Positions 34,932 through 48,902 are shown, counted from the whole stretch's first letter. The stretch is 57,994 nucleotides of DNA, filler included, from Sphacelaria rigidula (GCA_964200075.2; 6 parts of 6 records of this genome joined end to end with filler, not necessarily neighbours in it); one strand, 5' to 3'. Translations and numbers: made by a program. The notes: a model not told the origin generated them from the letters alone.

Positions 34932-37900
34932 CGTATAGCGAGCACAAAACGGAGGGATACCTGCAACGCGTGGAACACAAACGATGCGGATGACAGGGAG
35001 AAACCCAACAGTTGGTGTCAGGGAGTTCACTGAACAACTGTCCGAAGCATGGCTCGAGCGGAACACCTGTAGGCGATGACACCTTTAAGATTCGTGGGCG
35101 TCACTATTGTAATCAAATAACGCAGATGTATATTTGCCTGGACGTCCCCTCAAAGATTATCATGCTTGCATGAAGCTTTGAGCGGGGAAACCCTCGGACT
35201 GTATTCACAAAACACTCGTGGATCTCACGAGACGACGGCCACTATGTGGGAAACGAATTGTGCGATCAACCAGCCCATTGTAATGTAAACATACTACGAT
35301 GCGGGAGTACACGACACCAGCTTTCCAAGGATGAAAAACGCGATTAAGAGCAGCGTCGCAGATTTACCAAACGGAGCGTGCTTGTCTTCTCGGAGATTTG
35401 TGATACGACCTGGGCCAGCTTACAGTGGTTTTTCAATGTTTCCGGGTCCGACTGTGGGTAATTCGAGAATTTGGGCGCTGGAATTTTGACAGGACATTTT
35501 CACCACTAATAAGCATAACTTTCCGGGAGATACAACGAGAAATACGCACACACACAAAGTTATGGCGATTTGAAGTTTTGCAACAACTGGGGAAAATGCT
35601 ACAACTCCGTGAAAATGAAGAAATTTGTCGGCATCCCCCGGGATGTTGTGCGCACTTGCGTGCAGGAGATCCAGGTGCAATTTCGGCCAAAATACCTCAA
35701 ATTGGGCGCAGTAGGGCACTTCTTGTGTGACACCGCTGAGCCCCCTTTAATCCGAGTGATATAGGAGATCCCAGTTATGGAGGTCACAAGTTGGAATGCC
35801 GACGGATTCCTTGCTTTTGCTCCGTTGGTAAGGTAATACATTGTGTGGTACATTCTGTTTCAATTTTTTCTTCAGCGGCGGTGCCGTGCGTTACCAGGTT
35901 GATCTGCATGTCACACCGATACACTCAAGCCGGGCTGATTTGGTAAACACGATAAGTTATGGTGTGACATGCAAATGCGGGATTTACTGCTGGCCCAGCT
36001 CGTACGCATCATCAAATGGCGTGCCCACGCTCGTATCTCATATTTTAGTTCATCTCCGACAGATGCTTGCCAGATATATCGGACAGAAGATCAGGTCTAG
36101 TACCCTTTTGGTTCACATGGTGCACTTGGCTCCAGTGTTGCTCGTTCGCGATACCCTGTGCGCTACACGGCCATCTTGCCTGCATACTTCCTCTGCCGCA
36201 TACGTGAACTAGGTTACGTTCACACAGACCATTAACCGTGGCGGACGCGTGATTTGTAATGTTTCTAAAAAAATCGGTATTTTTTTCGTATTGGCAAAAA
36301 AAAAAACGTGTTGTTTTTTCGGTAAGCGTACCCCACTAGGTGTCCAAACGGCCTGAAAAAAATCAGTCGGCCTAAACATGGCCGTGTTTCGCCCCTATTC
36401 CGACTTCGGCCCTGGCGTAGCGGCGGGCTAAAGATTTGCGTTCGCAGTCTTGAGGACAAGAGGTTCTCGAGGGACATTCCATCGTGTTGTCAAGTTCGTG
36501 CGTAGGGGGCTTGGCGTGCGAAGCCATCATATTCTCATTTTGGGGGAAGTGCTGAAAAAACCTCAGTGTCGCCGCAAAAATTGGGCGTTTCGCCCCAAAA
36601 TTTTACACAAAGTGTTATATATATATATATATAAATATTCAACAGCACCCCTCGTATTTTGATCTTTCTGATAAAGCCACCTTTAGCCTCCTCAACCCCG
36701 TGCTTGGCGTGAAACGCTCTGTTCCTCGTAACCTATTTCACTTACAGTATGGGACACATGCATAACCAGCAAGGATAATGCGACCCGTTTTGGTGCGTGC
36801 TCAGGTGTGCATTACGCCGTGCGGTGCTACAGAATCTTTGGCATTTGCGCAGTTCGCAAAGTCTCTAGCCAACCTGACAGTGATCACGTTTGCACACCAA
36901 TGATTCTGCGATCAGCGGGAACCGCGTTTTTTTCACGCCGACGGCAAATGAGCTTCTCTGTGACCTAATTGGACCCTTTGGGAAACGCAGCGTGATCGCG
37001 AAAACGCAGAGTTTGGGAAAGAGTTCGGTGCTCATACTGAATCATCACTGCCACCGCAGATGGGGTACGTGAAGCGACGAAAATAAATGATGAAGGAAGG
37101 GCCGTCGATCCCGTTTTTCGCCGGCATGTTTGTGTATGGTCCGTGGACAAGAAATTACAGGGTTTTGAAGTCCAGCACAGAGAAGCTGCGCTGAAATGCA
37201 CATATTGAAGCCGGCAATTATCCTGCCGTGGCATCGTGGCTATGTTGCTGTAGTGAAAGGTAACACTGGTGCAAAGAAAGACAAGGGTTCTTCCTCCTGA
37301 TTGGACTTGAATGAAGTGATTGACATAGCTTCATCCTCTGTTGTTCCGGAGGGCGAATAATTGCTCCACACCCGTGATTGAGTAAACATAACTATTTTCG
37401 TAATCCTCTATGTGGCCGTAGAGCCGTCTACGCGGATAAGGTGAACAGGGCGCGGCTGTTCAAGACTGTGCGCGTTCGAGCAAAAACAAACGTTGTTGGG
37501 GTCAGTGTAAAAGGTGCTAAATATCGCGGTTCGTACAGGAGAGTAACTCCGTAAACACGTTTTTCAGCTTGTACTGGAAGAAATCGGCTGACCATATTTT
37601 CGTGGGGGTGAAAAGAGACATTTTCCAATATTTTCGGTGGTAACGTGGAGAAACGTTAGTGCGAAAAGTGGCTTCGACAGTACAGTTACCCATTTCACCA
37701 TGTGTGCGTCGAGCTGCTTCTATATCCTGAGCTTCGCATCGTTGCCGATCCCTTTGTGTGGGCGTTCTCGGCGCTCTTCTGACACGAACAATATCTCCTC
37801 ATTCAAGACTAACCGGATTCGAACAGAGCCGAGAGCAAAGGGCTTAGCTCATCAATGACTATGGCTCGAGTCGTATATTCCCGGTTCGCGTGGGTAATTA

Positions 37901-38631
37901 GCCTCTGAGGCTCAGGTGTGGTTGTGTGCGAGTGTGTCCCACCCTCGTGCATACACCTGTGGGTGCCGCGCTCACGTTTTCCTTACGAGTAGAGCAAACT
38001 GAGGCCAATTCAAGACTTGAAAAAAAACTCAAAAATGAGCTTCTGAAATCGGTTTACGCTAAGGTTTCAGTCTGCCGGTCTTTCGGAGGGGTGGTATCCT
38101 GCCGACCGATCACAGGGCGTCAACAACCAACGGTTGCTGAGAAAATCGACTTTTCTGTCTTGACAACGGCTCTTACGCATTAAAAACACATGAACTGCCA
38201 ACGATAATGCACAAAACGTTGCACACGATAAAACCTTCTGCCTTCTTTGATTGTTTGCACATGCATGCGACGGTGCAAGGAGTTTACTACGAGTCCCGAA
38301 CTCTGTAACAGGCCTCCAGCAAGCGCAGGATGATTACGGCAAAGCAGGGCTGTCTTATAGAGGGTCCAAGCAATGGCGGGAATTTGTGTCCCGCTAGTGC
38401 ATCGACAAGCCTTGGGTGTCGTCAGTGGTGGAAAAAAATCGGTGGCCACGTGGTGGCAAAAGTGTTCCTGTCCTTTGTTCAAATTACGGTTGGGCGAGTG
38501 CCCTGTCCTAACTACACAAGGTTCAAGTTCAAGGTGGACTTCTGTGGGGTACCCATGAGTCATCCTACGATAGGGGGGGGGGTATTTGGTTGCACGAAAA
38601 ACAAGGCTCATAAGTGTGTCAGACATCCTTC

Positions 38632-38731
38632 NNNNNNNNNNNNNNNNNNNNNNNNNNNNNNNNNNNNNNNNNNNNTTAATTAATTAANNNNNNNNNNNNN
38701 NNNNNNNNNNNNNNNNNNNNNNNNNNNNNNN
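38632..38731. other. Artificial scaffold linker
   Basis: N44-TTAATTAATTAA-N44. Confidence 0.98.
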
Positions 38732-39476
38732 GTGTGAATGCTCAAACAATTAAAAGCCCATAACGGACTTTACTTATGGGACAGAGGAAGCATTGGGCGG
38801 GCAATATGTATACAGTCCAACGACATCAATATATATATATGCATATATATATATATATATATTTACGTGTGCAGTCAAGGGTACCAATATATTACGCCGG
38901 CAATATATCGCAAAATTCCAATATGATCGACTGATATATATTGAAAACATATAGTATTGTCCAGGGTGTGCATTATTTTCAGTCTGCTGGCTTTCACCAA
39001 AGCTCCACGATTAGGTCGCATAGTGTCCGTGAATGTCGATTTCCAGCCCCGTGTGTGTATGCGGTCAACAGGTATGAACGGGAACTAATCCTAGGGTTCG
39101 GCAAGGGGAGGGGGTGGGCGGGGGTTCAAGCCTCTTGTTGCACAGAGGAGTCTAGGTAGTCACCAAGAGTTTTCGGTGCAAGCGTCACGCTTCATCTGAA
39201 TGTTGTCCACATCGACCAACAATACTTCTGGCCGGTAGGCGCGCACAACGACTTTGAGGTCCTGAAATAAACTGGGGGACCCCAGTTTTTCGTGCGGTCA
39301 AACACGCCATCGCCCTAATGGTGTAGTATCACTGAAAACACCTTGTATGGTCTTGTTCTCAGCATTGCGATGGTTCTTTCACGCAGAGGGCATTCCTGGC
39401 GTTTTCCTCCGTACACGATTGTCGACATTTCTGCTCGACCCACAACTTGTGCACATTCATTCCTGCATGCGAGCAG

Positions 39477-40328
39477 GATGCGCTGAACATGCGGCAGACG
39501 GGAGGCGCCTTGCTGTTCGCTAACGACCTTGTCCACTTGGACCCATCCTGGATAAATCTGCTACTCCGAGAACTCTTGGACCACCGGCTGACGGAGGTCG
39601 AACAGATGGAGCAGTGGCGGCGTGACATGAAGAATTACTGCCGTAATTCTAAGCTCCACTACGACGAGCAACTAAACACCCACCGAAGCTTCCTCATATC
39701 CGGGCGACTGTCGAAAGACTACCTCAGATTCCTGTGGCGAGATGTACCAGGTCTTGATGAAATGGTGTTTGGCCGCATGGTGGATGCGCTGTCAACCTAC
39801 GGTGCCATGTTTCCGTGTGGGCCGAACGGAGAAGAAACGACGGAGTTCGTGGTACCGGCGAGATTACCCTGCACAGTGGCGGATGACACTCTTGACAAAC
39901 TTAAGGAGGCCATATCTGGCGGAATTAGGATACGGTTCACCTTTCGGATTTGGGGCAACTACGTACCGCCGGGCATCATCGCCCAATTCGTCGGATGGTT
40001 TTATCGAGACAATAACATCATCTTCCGAGCTTGCTGGAGCAAGGGGGCGTCGTTCGTCATGGGGGGTAGGGAACATTTGATCTGTTTGCATGAGCCCACC
40101 GACACTTCGCCGAAGACGAGGATCGAGATCACTGTCGCGGGAGAAGACCAGGCGACGCTTTGGGACGCCGCGCTCGATGCGAAGAAAACGCTCGCACAGT
40201 TACTGCACCACCGGTTCAAGGGCCTCCAGTTTGAGGTACAGCGTCAGCCAAACACCATGAAGGGAGTGGATGCTTGGCTGGACACGTTGGATGGGCTCCA
40301 GGAGCACCTTCAAAGCTGGATGATGAAG
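39477..40328 (+). CDS. ROCO-family GTPase, COR-domain exon (gene 5'-truncated)
   Basis: GALLFANDLVHLDPSWINLLLRELLDH..GRLSKDYLRFLW..FVVPARLP..VPPGIIAQFV..CWSKG fits COR; acceptor gagcag| and donor AAG|gtcagc, 284 codons. Confidence 0.85.
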
Positions 40329-41714
40329 GTCAGCCGCGGCGCTTTTATCGGTTTTTTTCCCATGAAGCAGAGCCCCAACAGCCGATTCGAAGCCGACTGC
40401 TTGAGCCGGTTCTTGTGGTGTATTGATTTGTTTTCCTTGGAATGTACATATTCCGGGACCAACGTGATGAAGCCACTCACGGTTCAAATCACGGTCTGGT
40501 TCTGGTGGGGTTGGCGTGTTTGAGTTACAGTAGAGTTTGTGTCAAGGTTGATTTGTGCATGTGTCGAATTGATATCGTCGACAGTTTTTCTTGTCGTTTC
40601 AAAGGTGATGTGAGGGACTTAAATTGAGGGGTAAGGCGCTGAGATTCTGACACAGTTTTGTTATAATCAGCACACGCAACGTTTCTGGGGATGCCAAAAA
40701 AAGAAGCAGAATTTTAGAGCGATTTTTAGTTTCAGCAGAAACTAGAAAGTGTCATAACTCCATGACAAGAATAAAAAGAATAAACGATCCCATCCCCAGT
40801 CACGAATACTTTACTTGCGCGCAGAATATCTTGGTAGAATTTCGGCTAAGAAGTCCAATAATTGGGCACCGCTTGGGACATTTTGTGTGACACCGGTGCG
40901 CCCCGGAAGTCACGAATTCGAATCCAGACATGACCGTTTTTTTGTTTTTCGCAATCTGGTTCTCGTCGTTGAGGTGATTTCGTCTACATAGCATTCTTGT
41001 TTTCGTTGAAGAAGGTCATTTCGGTACTTTTGCATGAGCTTCTGCCCCTCAAAGACGGGAAACTATCTTTCCCGCCTCAGTATGGGTTGATCTTTTCTAC
41101 GAGGCCCATCTAGAATACTTATTCCGCTTCCCTGGACGCTCGGTTGCCGAGACTCACCCTCAGCACGTTAATTTTTATTCCAACTGTGACACACAACGAT
41201 CGCCATCGGGGACTGAATGGAGAAAAGCCGTTGCAGCCCAGTCCTAGTTGTGTGCTTGTGCCTGTGGTGGTTGTACGTGACAATCGGCTCGGAGGTACTC
41301 TTCCACGATGGAGCAGCTAAGCAGCTTGATGCCATCGCGCAGCATTCCCAGTGCACTCCTGACTGCGAGTAAAAGTTGTCATACGTGATTCCGCCGCGAT
41401 TTACTTTTGAAAAAACAACTCAAAACACGCTGCCACACCACGAAATGAGACGCACCAGGAGGTACTTAATGCAGTACAGAAACGTCATCGCCAAAAAAAG
41501 TGTGCCAATCGAACAGCGACGAAGCCGTGCATAACCAGGTCGGTCCGTAGATCACAGCGACATGCTTACATTGGGTTGATTCGGGAAAGTACAGAAGTTG
41601 TTGGGTGCTGAGGGATTCTACTTTTTACGACTGACCCAGCTGCTGGCGTGCCTAAGGATTGTTTATTGCACAATTTCCCTCCCATTTCCTGCCGAACAAA
41701 ACTATTCGACGACG

Positions 41715-41752
<38 letters not shown>

Positions 41753-44055
41753 CCTCCTCCTCCTCCCCCCACCCACTCCAGAGCAGAAAGAATATCCTAN
41801 NNNNNNNNNGGTGTCGCAAGAGATTTTTTTTTCCCCCATTTCCCCCCCCCTTCCTTCCCCAAAAAAATTTTCCGCCGCGCCCCCCCCCCCCCCCGCGTGC
41901 GCACTCACGTTATTTTTGCGGTAACCCTGTAACCATAATGATGGTCGAGCTAGATCATATTGTGTGGAGCGGGAGAACCTCGATTCCGCGCAAAATGGGA
42001 TGATCATACTACATGTTGTCTAAATGGTGAGGTCCATGAGGCAGTGAGTGTATAACCCGTGGCTGTCTCCGGAAGTGACGATACCAGAAAATGAAGCAAG
42101 TCATGGGAGACTGTCATCCAAATGCAAGACAATTAGTACGCTTCGGGTCGAACAATCTCAGCAGGATGCACCTCGCCCTTCATGCGACTCGCCGAACACA
42201 TCACGGTGCTTCGCACTTGGTGATTGAGTGCGAGCCTGGTCCGGCGAAAACCCGGCGCGGGTCGTCTAGGCTTTGTAGGGATGCGAGGTCAATGGCCATA
42301 CGACTATGGCATTGAAGACCATAAGCGCAATCACCCCCCCCCCCCCTCCCACCACCCCCCCCCCCCTCACCCACGCCCCGTCCCAGACACCACCGCGCAC
42401 GCAACGAGCTAAAAAGAGGAATCATCATCGACACATTGCATGGGCACACGACGAGGTCGCGACGCTTGTCCTGTCCCAACTTAGGGACCCATTTTTGTCA
42501 TTGAGGAACAAAATGATCTTGGCGGACATTTGATCGTTGGGGTACGAACCTTCATTAGTGTTGTTGGTTGTATACTCTGGCAGTTGCTATTTCGTGGTTT
42601 TTGACCGTAACAAACTGGAAGAAGTATGAGGACACGATCGAGATCATGGCGGTCTCGTCTCGACCAAGCGTTGCAGTGAGAAACGCGCGTCGTACGAACT
42701 CTGTTCTCGAGCCACAACCGAACGCACTGCAATATGTTGCCCATGGTTGACTAGACACGATACCTTTTTTCTGGGTTCGATGTGACAGGAACCGAATGGG
42801 TAATGATGCTTGTCGTAGTCATGACCCGAGTCATGACGCAAATCATGGGCAAATTCTCCCGTTTCGGCCTCATAGTCCGCGAGTCTTGGTGTTGCTCATC
42901 ATCCACGGAGGTAATTTCTGTCCAATCAAGCTTGTTTTGCGTTGCTGAAACGTGCTATAGCTCGATCAATTGACTGTACCTGTCGTCCGGCGCTCCACAG
43001 TCGATACCGATGGTGTCTGTCTATGAAGGGGCTGTACATTGTGCGTAGGCTCATGACACGTCCCGTGAATGCCTCCTGCCCAAGTGAGCTAGGTGACGTA
43101 CTAACGGGTTCATTCGAGTTACCGTTCTTTTTGTCGTCCTCTGCGTGAACCCCGATCTACTCGAGACGTAACACGAACGGAAAGGACCCTTTTCGGACCA
43201 TTTGGGTGAAGACACGACCTGAACCACGTCATTGTGAGAGTCTGGTTCACTTTCCCGACTCGCCCAACACAGGGAGTTTGGAAGTGGCTGCTTGCCAGAA
43301 GTATCACTGACGAGCGAGAAAAGATGAACCGCCATGAGGAGACTTTCAAGTACTAGAGAATCGGAAAAAGAGATCTTGACTGCAGTCTGTGAGATGGTAA
43401 TGCCATTGTAGTCCAACTGCGGCAATAGTTCCTGATCTAGGGTAAAAACATCCCGTCGCATCAACTCTTGACTGTCGAAGAATGAAAATCAGACCCAACA
43501 ACGAACAGCTTTAGATCCCGATCACGTTGACAGTTCGTGCTATATATGGTCACTCTTACCGTTAGGTTGCGCTTGCGTCTCGGATATCTGGGGAGAGACG
43601 GATGTAACCTCTCCGGAGGTGGGCAAGGTGTCACTCGCAGAGATGTAGGCGGCATGCGAAGAAAAGTTGCTAAAGTGGTGTTTGGATTGTGGTTTGAAAG
43701 GAAAATGCGCGCTGGAGAAGTAGACCTTAGCTTGCACGTGCCCGTCGACAGCACTCGCATGACACACGCGACTAATCAGGCAATGACAAGTTTTTTGTCG
43801 TGATATGTGAAATAGATCAGACTGATGTACAATCATTGCTGTGCCACGTTTTAGGCTCGCTGAGCACCCGAATATCTACTAAAAAGCAGGACGTCGAAGC
43901 CGTCGGTGATTTAGCAGACATCGGCAAAGGCTGAATCTTTTTCACCCAATGTTACGCATGTCGCTCCTATCGTGGACTGCACGATTTGTATGGCGCAAAG
44001 TGGTGGAAAGTGAACTACACATTCGGCTGCGCCTTTAATTCAGAATGCCCTAACA

Positions 44056-44485
44056 ACACGGGATTTTACAAATTGGGGATAGATCTTTTATTGGGAATGA
44101 AAACCCGGAGAATTAAAATCTTCGTATCCTCACCAAATTTTCGAAGTATGCTTCCACTTCTTCACTTGCTGGTAGCTGTTGACAACTACCACACGCCATA
44201 CAAATTTGGATTCCGATAGCCGAAATATCGGGGTCCTCGGTGAAAAACCAATATTGGCGTCCGATCGGACACCAAAATTCCCCAAAAATTGTTTTTTCAC
44301 CTAGAACCCCGACGTTTCGGTTATCGAAATTCAAATTTGTGTGGCGTGTAGTAGTTGTCAATAGCTACCAGCAAGTGAAGAAACGTAAGCATACTTCGAA
44401 GATTCGGTGTGGATACGAAGATTTTAATTCTCCGGGTTTTCATCCCCAATAAAAGATCCATCCCCAATTTGTAAAAATCCCGTGT
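44056..44485. mobile_element. Long palindromic MITE family B in ROCO intron
   Basis: About 180-bp inverted arms around a CCGATCGG centre; body homologous to 50558-50973 and 52827-53268. Confidence 0.85.
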
Positions 44486-45225
44486 TTACGTTGGATTATC
44501 CATTTTGTGAGGAGGCAAATCAGTAGCAGGGCCCTGTGAGCAGACCGCAAGCACGCACACCAATTTTGGATGATGTGCGATTGGGGTAGGTTCTCACGTC
44601 TCTTCAATAGTTTGAAGTGTTTGAGCTTCCCCGTCAACACGTCTTACATAGCGCCGTCAATACGAACCATGCTCATGGAACCCGGTCCATACGCCACTGT
44701 TGCTCATAATTGACTTGTATCTATGCACTCGCACACAGTCCCGCGAAATGGCAGTGGCAACGGCAATACGCGACAATGACTGCTGTGGTGTCCAGCAGAC
44801 TTGAGACGATGAATGACATACGCGATCTTGCGCTCGTTTTTTGTCCTACAGTCGTAAAGCACACTACCTCTACTTTAATCGTGTGCCGTATCACTTACTA
44901 CGGCACGAAAGAAATGACTCGAGTCTGTTGGATTGTGTGCGTAAGCGACGTGCGCTCTCATGAAGGCTCCCGGGAAGCGCGTGACCCGTCAGCCGTTCTG
45001 CACGTATCTATCTGCATGCTCACGTATTATCGTATTTGTTTCTTGGAAGCAACCATCACGTGCAGCATCTGGGTGCGTCGCGGCGGTGTGAATCGCTTCG
45101 GAATTGCTTCGTCGAAGAGTTGGCTTCTGAACGTACTATCTAAAATTCAAGGCCCGTATCACTGAAATACCAGCCGTTTCTTGCCGCCTGCACATATTTC
45201 ACACACTAAATTCGCGATACCACAG

Positions 45226-46056
45226 AACCTGGAAAAGGTCCTGGACATGATGATGCCGGCTTCGCAGCCGCCGGTCACGAGCCTAGCGGAGTCGGAATCG
45301 GCGCTACTCAATCGGATCGATGCTAATCTTGTGCGAAGATTGCACGAGTTGCGTCTGGACATGGAAAGGGATGCCCACCAGCGACTGCAGACGCAGTTTA
45401 ACGAGTTGCGTCTAAACGTGGAAAGGGATGCCCACCAGCGACTGCAGACAAAGCTGGACGCCTTGTCGAGCAGCATTGGGGCAAAGATCGATGGGTCGAA
45501 AACTGATGGACTCGGTGACTCAGCGACGGCCATGCTGCGAAACGTAGCATTGAACGTCGCCTGTTTGCGGTGGCCGGCGCCCCGCTTAGCGTGTCTCCTG
45601 CCGGCGCATCAAGGGGTTCTCTCAGAGAACGACAGAAGTTATCAGAGCTGGAATGCTCGACTGCAGGGGTGGTTTCAAAGTGGCAAGGTGGTCAGGAAGG
45701 GCATGTTCCGCAGGGATTTGCGGCTATTTCTACTATGCGCGTATGACATGAGCCTGGTGTACTGCGGCCCTGGAGGGCAGGGGTACAAGGTGAAGGAGCT
45801 ATTGGATTGGGTTAAGAAAGCAAAGCCAGTAGCCAAGGTGGGACTGGTCCTCGGGAGCATTGCGCTCAAGGTATGCACTGGTCTGGCGGTTCCTCCTGAA
45901 ATTGACTCTGCCTTCGGAGAAGCGTTTGGAGGCGTGGTGTCAAAAATCGTCCAAGAGGGGGTGTGCACCGTCGCGGAGGAAGAGAAGAGCACAGTAGAGA
46001 GTTTCAGTGACGGCGATGATACAGAGCAGCAACGCGAGTTGGAGCACGCACGAAAG
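45226..46056 (+). CDS. ROCO-family gene, penultimate exon (coiled coil plus C-terminal domain)
   Basis: Acceptor ccacag|AAC, donor AAG|gtaagg, 277 codons, phase 0; WPAPRLACLLP..RLFLLCAYDMSLVYCGPGGQGYKV. Confidence 0.8.
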
Positions 46057-46410
46057 GTAAGGAGACGTTGGTTTTGACGCGTGTGCCAGGACGTTGGAAC
46101 CGCATGCCAACCGTGGTACAACTTCCCAGGCAAAAAGCATATTCTGCGAGTGAAAATATTTCCTACATCATGGTTGACCGGTCTCCACGGCGTACTTTTA
46201 CTCGTGCTCTCCCGTGAGGCTGTAAACTTGTGTGCTGATGGTTGCGCTACAACACTGCCCACAGGTGGACAGAGGCGCGTGACCCCCCTATGGCGGTAAC
46301 GTTTGTGCGTTCCCACCATACTCCTTGGGGTGACGACTGTCTTGTAGCACGCATTCTGCCTGAACTAGTTTGTGACTGTCGTGCATCTGGTCCGGGACTT
46401 GTCCTCACAG

Positions 46411-46620
46411 ATTAACCCTCTCCCAGTGGATGGGTTTGTTTATGAGCAGCTGGCGGATACCGTTCGAGGCTTCGAGCGTGCAAGATACAAGACCAAGAAG
46501 GGGCATCCAGCGTTCCACAGCTTCAGCAGGAAAATGCAGCTCGTTGATAGGGGTGGGCATGGGGTCGAGTGGGCTTGGGTCAGATGTGGTAATGTGGAAG
46601 CGTTTGTGGGTGGCACATGA
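46411..46620 (+). CDS. ROCO-family gene, terminal exon
   Basis: Acceptor ctcacag|ATT, phase 0; VDGFVYEQL..MQLVDRGGHGVEWAWVR; TGA at 46620. Confidence 0.8.
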   Translation: MNPLPVDGFVYEQLADTVRGFERARYKTKKGHPAFHSFSRKMQLVDRGGHGVEWAWVRCGNVEAFVGGT

Positions 46621-48313
46621 GAGGTTGACGGTCAACGGAAACTTAGCTGATGGTGAGGTTGAAGGGGCACGAATGCAAGCCGTAAAATCAGCGCTTAGTC
46701 GTGTCCCAGCGCCGAGTCATTCAATAGCAATGGACATGGTCATTCGCAGCTGCAATGTGTTCCGAATCTGCCCTTCAGTTATCCGATGAGATCCATAAGC
46801 AGCCGCGCCCTTGGTATGGATTGGGCCGCCTCTTTGTTGTTTTTCATCGGCATTTAGCGCATGCAGATGGTTTGTCACGATATCGCGAGATGTTGCACAG
46901 GCGATCGCATACAAACGTCGCTGTCGTGTTTCCCCCAGATTGGGTGTGGACTGCCATCTAAAACATCGTTTCACCACAACTTTAGAGTGTCGAGGCCAGC
47001 CCCGAACACAAAGCCATTGAGGTTCACAAGGCAGTTTAGGATTGCTTCAGAGGGAAGCATCCTCCCCGGTGATCGGATTGCTCAGACTCGAGGGGAGTGG
47101 GGCTCGCTGCCGTGTAGGACTCGAGACTATGCAATTCCGTTGTCAAGTGGTGCCTCGAACCTAATGTGGTATCGAGAATTACTTTGAGTCCTAGGTAAGT
47201 GGCAAATGTTTGAAGTTTTTGGGAAGAAGCTTGAGGTAGGTTTGGCAATAGTGGTTGCTCTAAGTTGCCGAGTCTTGTCTTGCGTGGTGGCGAAAAACAC
47301 TGCAGGGGCGAAATTTTTTCCAAAAGGGCCGATAAAATCGTGAGCTCGGAATCGCCTGCCCCATGTTCCTCTCGTCGGCTTGACTGCCGTTCCCGAACGA
47401 GGGGTAGCACGAGGTGTTGTCGCCTGCACGACAACGTGACCGGGAGCGCTGCTCCGTATATGATGCGGCGTTTCTTGTCCAACTTGATAATCCAGAATGC
47501 GCGCGTGTGGGAATGACATGGATGTGCTGTTATACATGTAAGTGCGATTTTGCTCATCCACGACGGTACCGATTAAATGTTTATTTCAATGCTCTGTTTA
47601 CGCTAGCAGTCATGTGAAAAACCAATGCACGGCGCAGTGGCACGATTGTACGTTATTCCCCCTTGCCGCTGACCAGCAATGGGTGGAAGAGTCTTGGATA
47701 ACGCGAAAACTGCCACACCCTTGTAGTATCCTCTCGGTTAGTCACTGTCGTCCTTTCGTTGCAACGGTATAGCGATTCTCGACTTTTGACTGACGACGGT
47801 TCGGCTTCTGCTCTATTAGTGAGTATATTTTTTTCATGTTTTCATTTTTCGCTCTCTCTCCCTATCGCCTGTTTTTTCAGGCCCTATTATCCTAATCTTC
47901 AATTATATGTTGATGCTGTGGCAGTGTGTGCGTCTCGCTTCTTCTGTAAAGCTCGCGGATAAGGCTTTCCCGCCCAAATAATGTGGTTCGCGAACGGCTG
48001 AATCGCAACCTGAGTCCACGGCCATCTTTCTTCCCCCTCCATTGTGTTGGGACTGATCTTATACTGCTCACTTGGGTCAAACCATACAACTGGGGCCGAC
48101 TGTTTGTGTAATTTTGTTTCCAGTACGACCGGTACGAGATCCATGTTCGCATTGTTGTATTTTTCCTTTCGTGCCTTCCTCTTCGTCCCTTGTCTGTCTT
48201 TTCCTTTCCCTTCCTCGAACTTCCTTTCGCCGGTGTTTGCGTTTTGTTATTATGTGGTGGGTGGCAACGACTGGATGGACTACCGCAGCAGAGATGCGAT
48301 TAACTATCATGAC

Positions 48314-48413
48314 NNNNNNNNNNNNNNNNNNNNNNNNNNNNNNNNNNNNNNNNNNNNTTAATTAATTAANNNNNNNNNNNNNNNNNNNNNNNNNNNNNNN
48401 NNNNNNNNNNNNN
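48314..48413. other. Artificial scaffold linker
   Basis: N44-TTAATTAATTAA-N44. Confidence 0.98.
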
Positions 48414-48902
48414 TTCTGGCGGGGGGGGGGCGTACTCATGTGTCGCTTGCCTCAGTCGTTTGATCATTGACCACGCATCCCGTCCGAGACGGAGCACTAT
48501 CCCTAATCCTAATAGAGCCACCTCCAATATTCCGGCGCTCAATACTTTTCTCCCATACACTACACAAAAACTTTCATACCTTATCCCCGTCCTGTTTCGC
48601 GGTCTCTGGCCACCATCTATCTCCTAGTATAGCCATCGTTTTCTCCCTACTGTCTGATGCATCAAACGATTTCATGCTGTCTTCGTTTACGTCCCACATT
48701 TCCCCCCTCTAGCACGTCCCGGCGGCGGCGGGGGGGATGTTCTCATTTATCGCTTGTCTTGGTCGTTTGATCATCGACCATACATCCCTCTCGGCACGGG
48801 GCGCCTTTTCCTACTCCTACAAGAGACAACTCCAACATTATTTCGGTTCTTCCATATATTGCGTAAAAACTTTGTATATATTTTACCCCCTCCTGTTTCG
48901 CC
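48414..48902. repeat. Two diverged direct copies of an about 185-bp unit (48414-48600, 48720-48902)
   Basis: Shared G-run, TCGCTTG..GTCGTTTGATCAT.GACCA..CATCCC..CTCCAA..AAAAACTTT..TCCTGTTTCGC. Confidence 0.7.

Noticed and set aside
34932-35066. N-terminal extension of the PPR ORF from the ORF-track start
   Set aside because: Starts at a non-ATG codon; the first ATG at 34931 gives a plausible targeting peptide.
36850-38631. Short coding-like frames (also 12640-13190, 14350-14730, 51500-52800)
   Set aside because: No recognisable motif or consistent splice pattern; probably decayed repeats, needs a translated search.
41714-41895. Poly-C tracts giving proline-rich ORFs or G-quadruplex elements
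   Set aside because: Intronic homopolymers flanking an N gap; lengths unreliable and no splice support.
33348-46620. PPR plus ROCO as a functional gene cluster
   Set aside because: Different scaffolds; adjacency results from length sorting.
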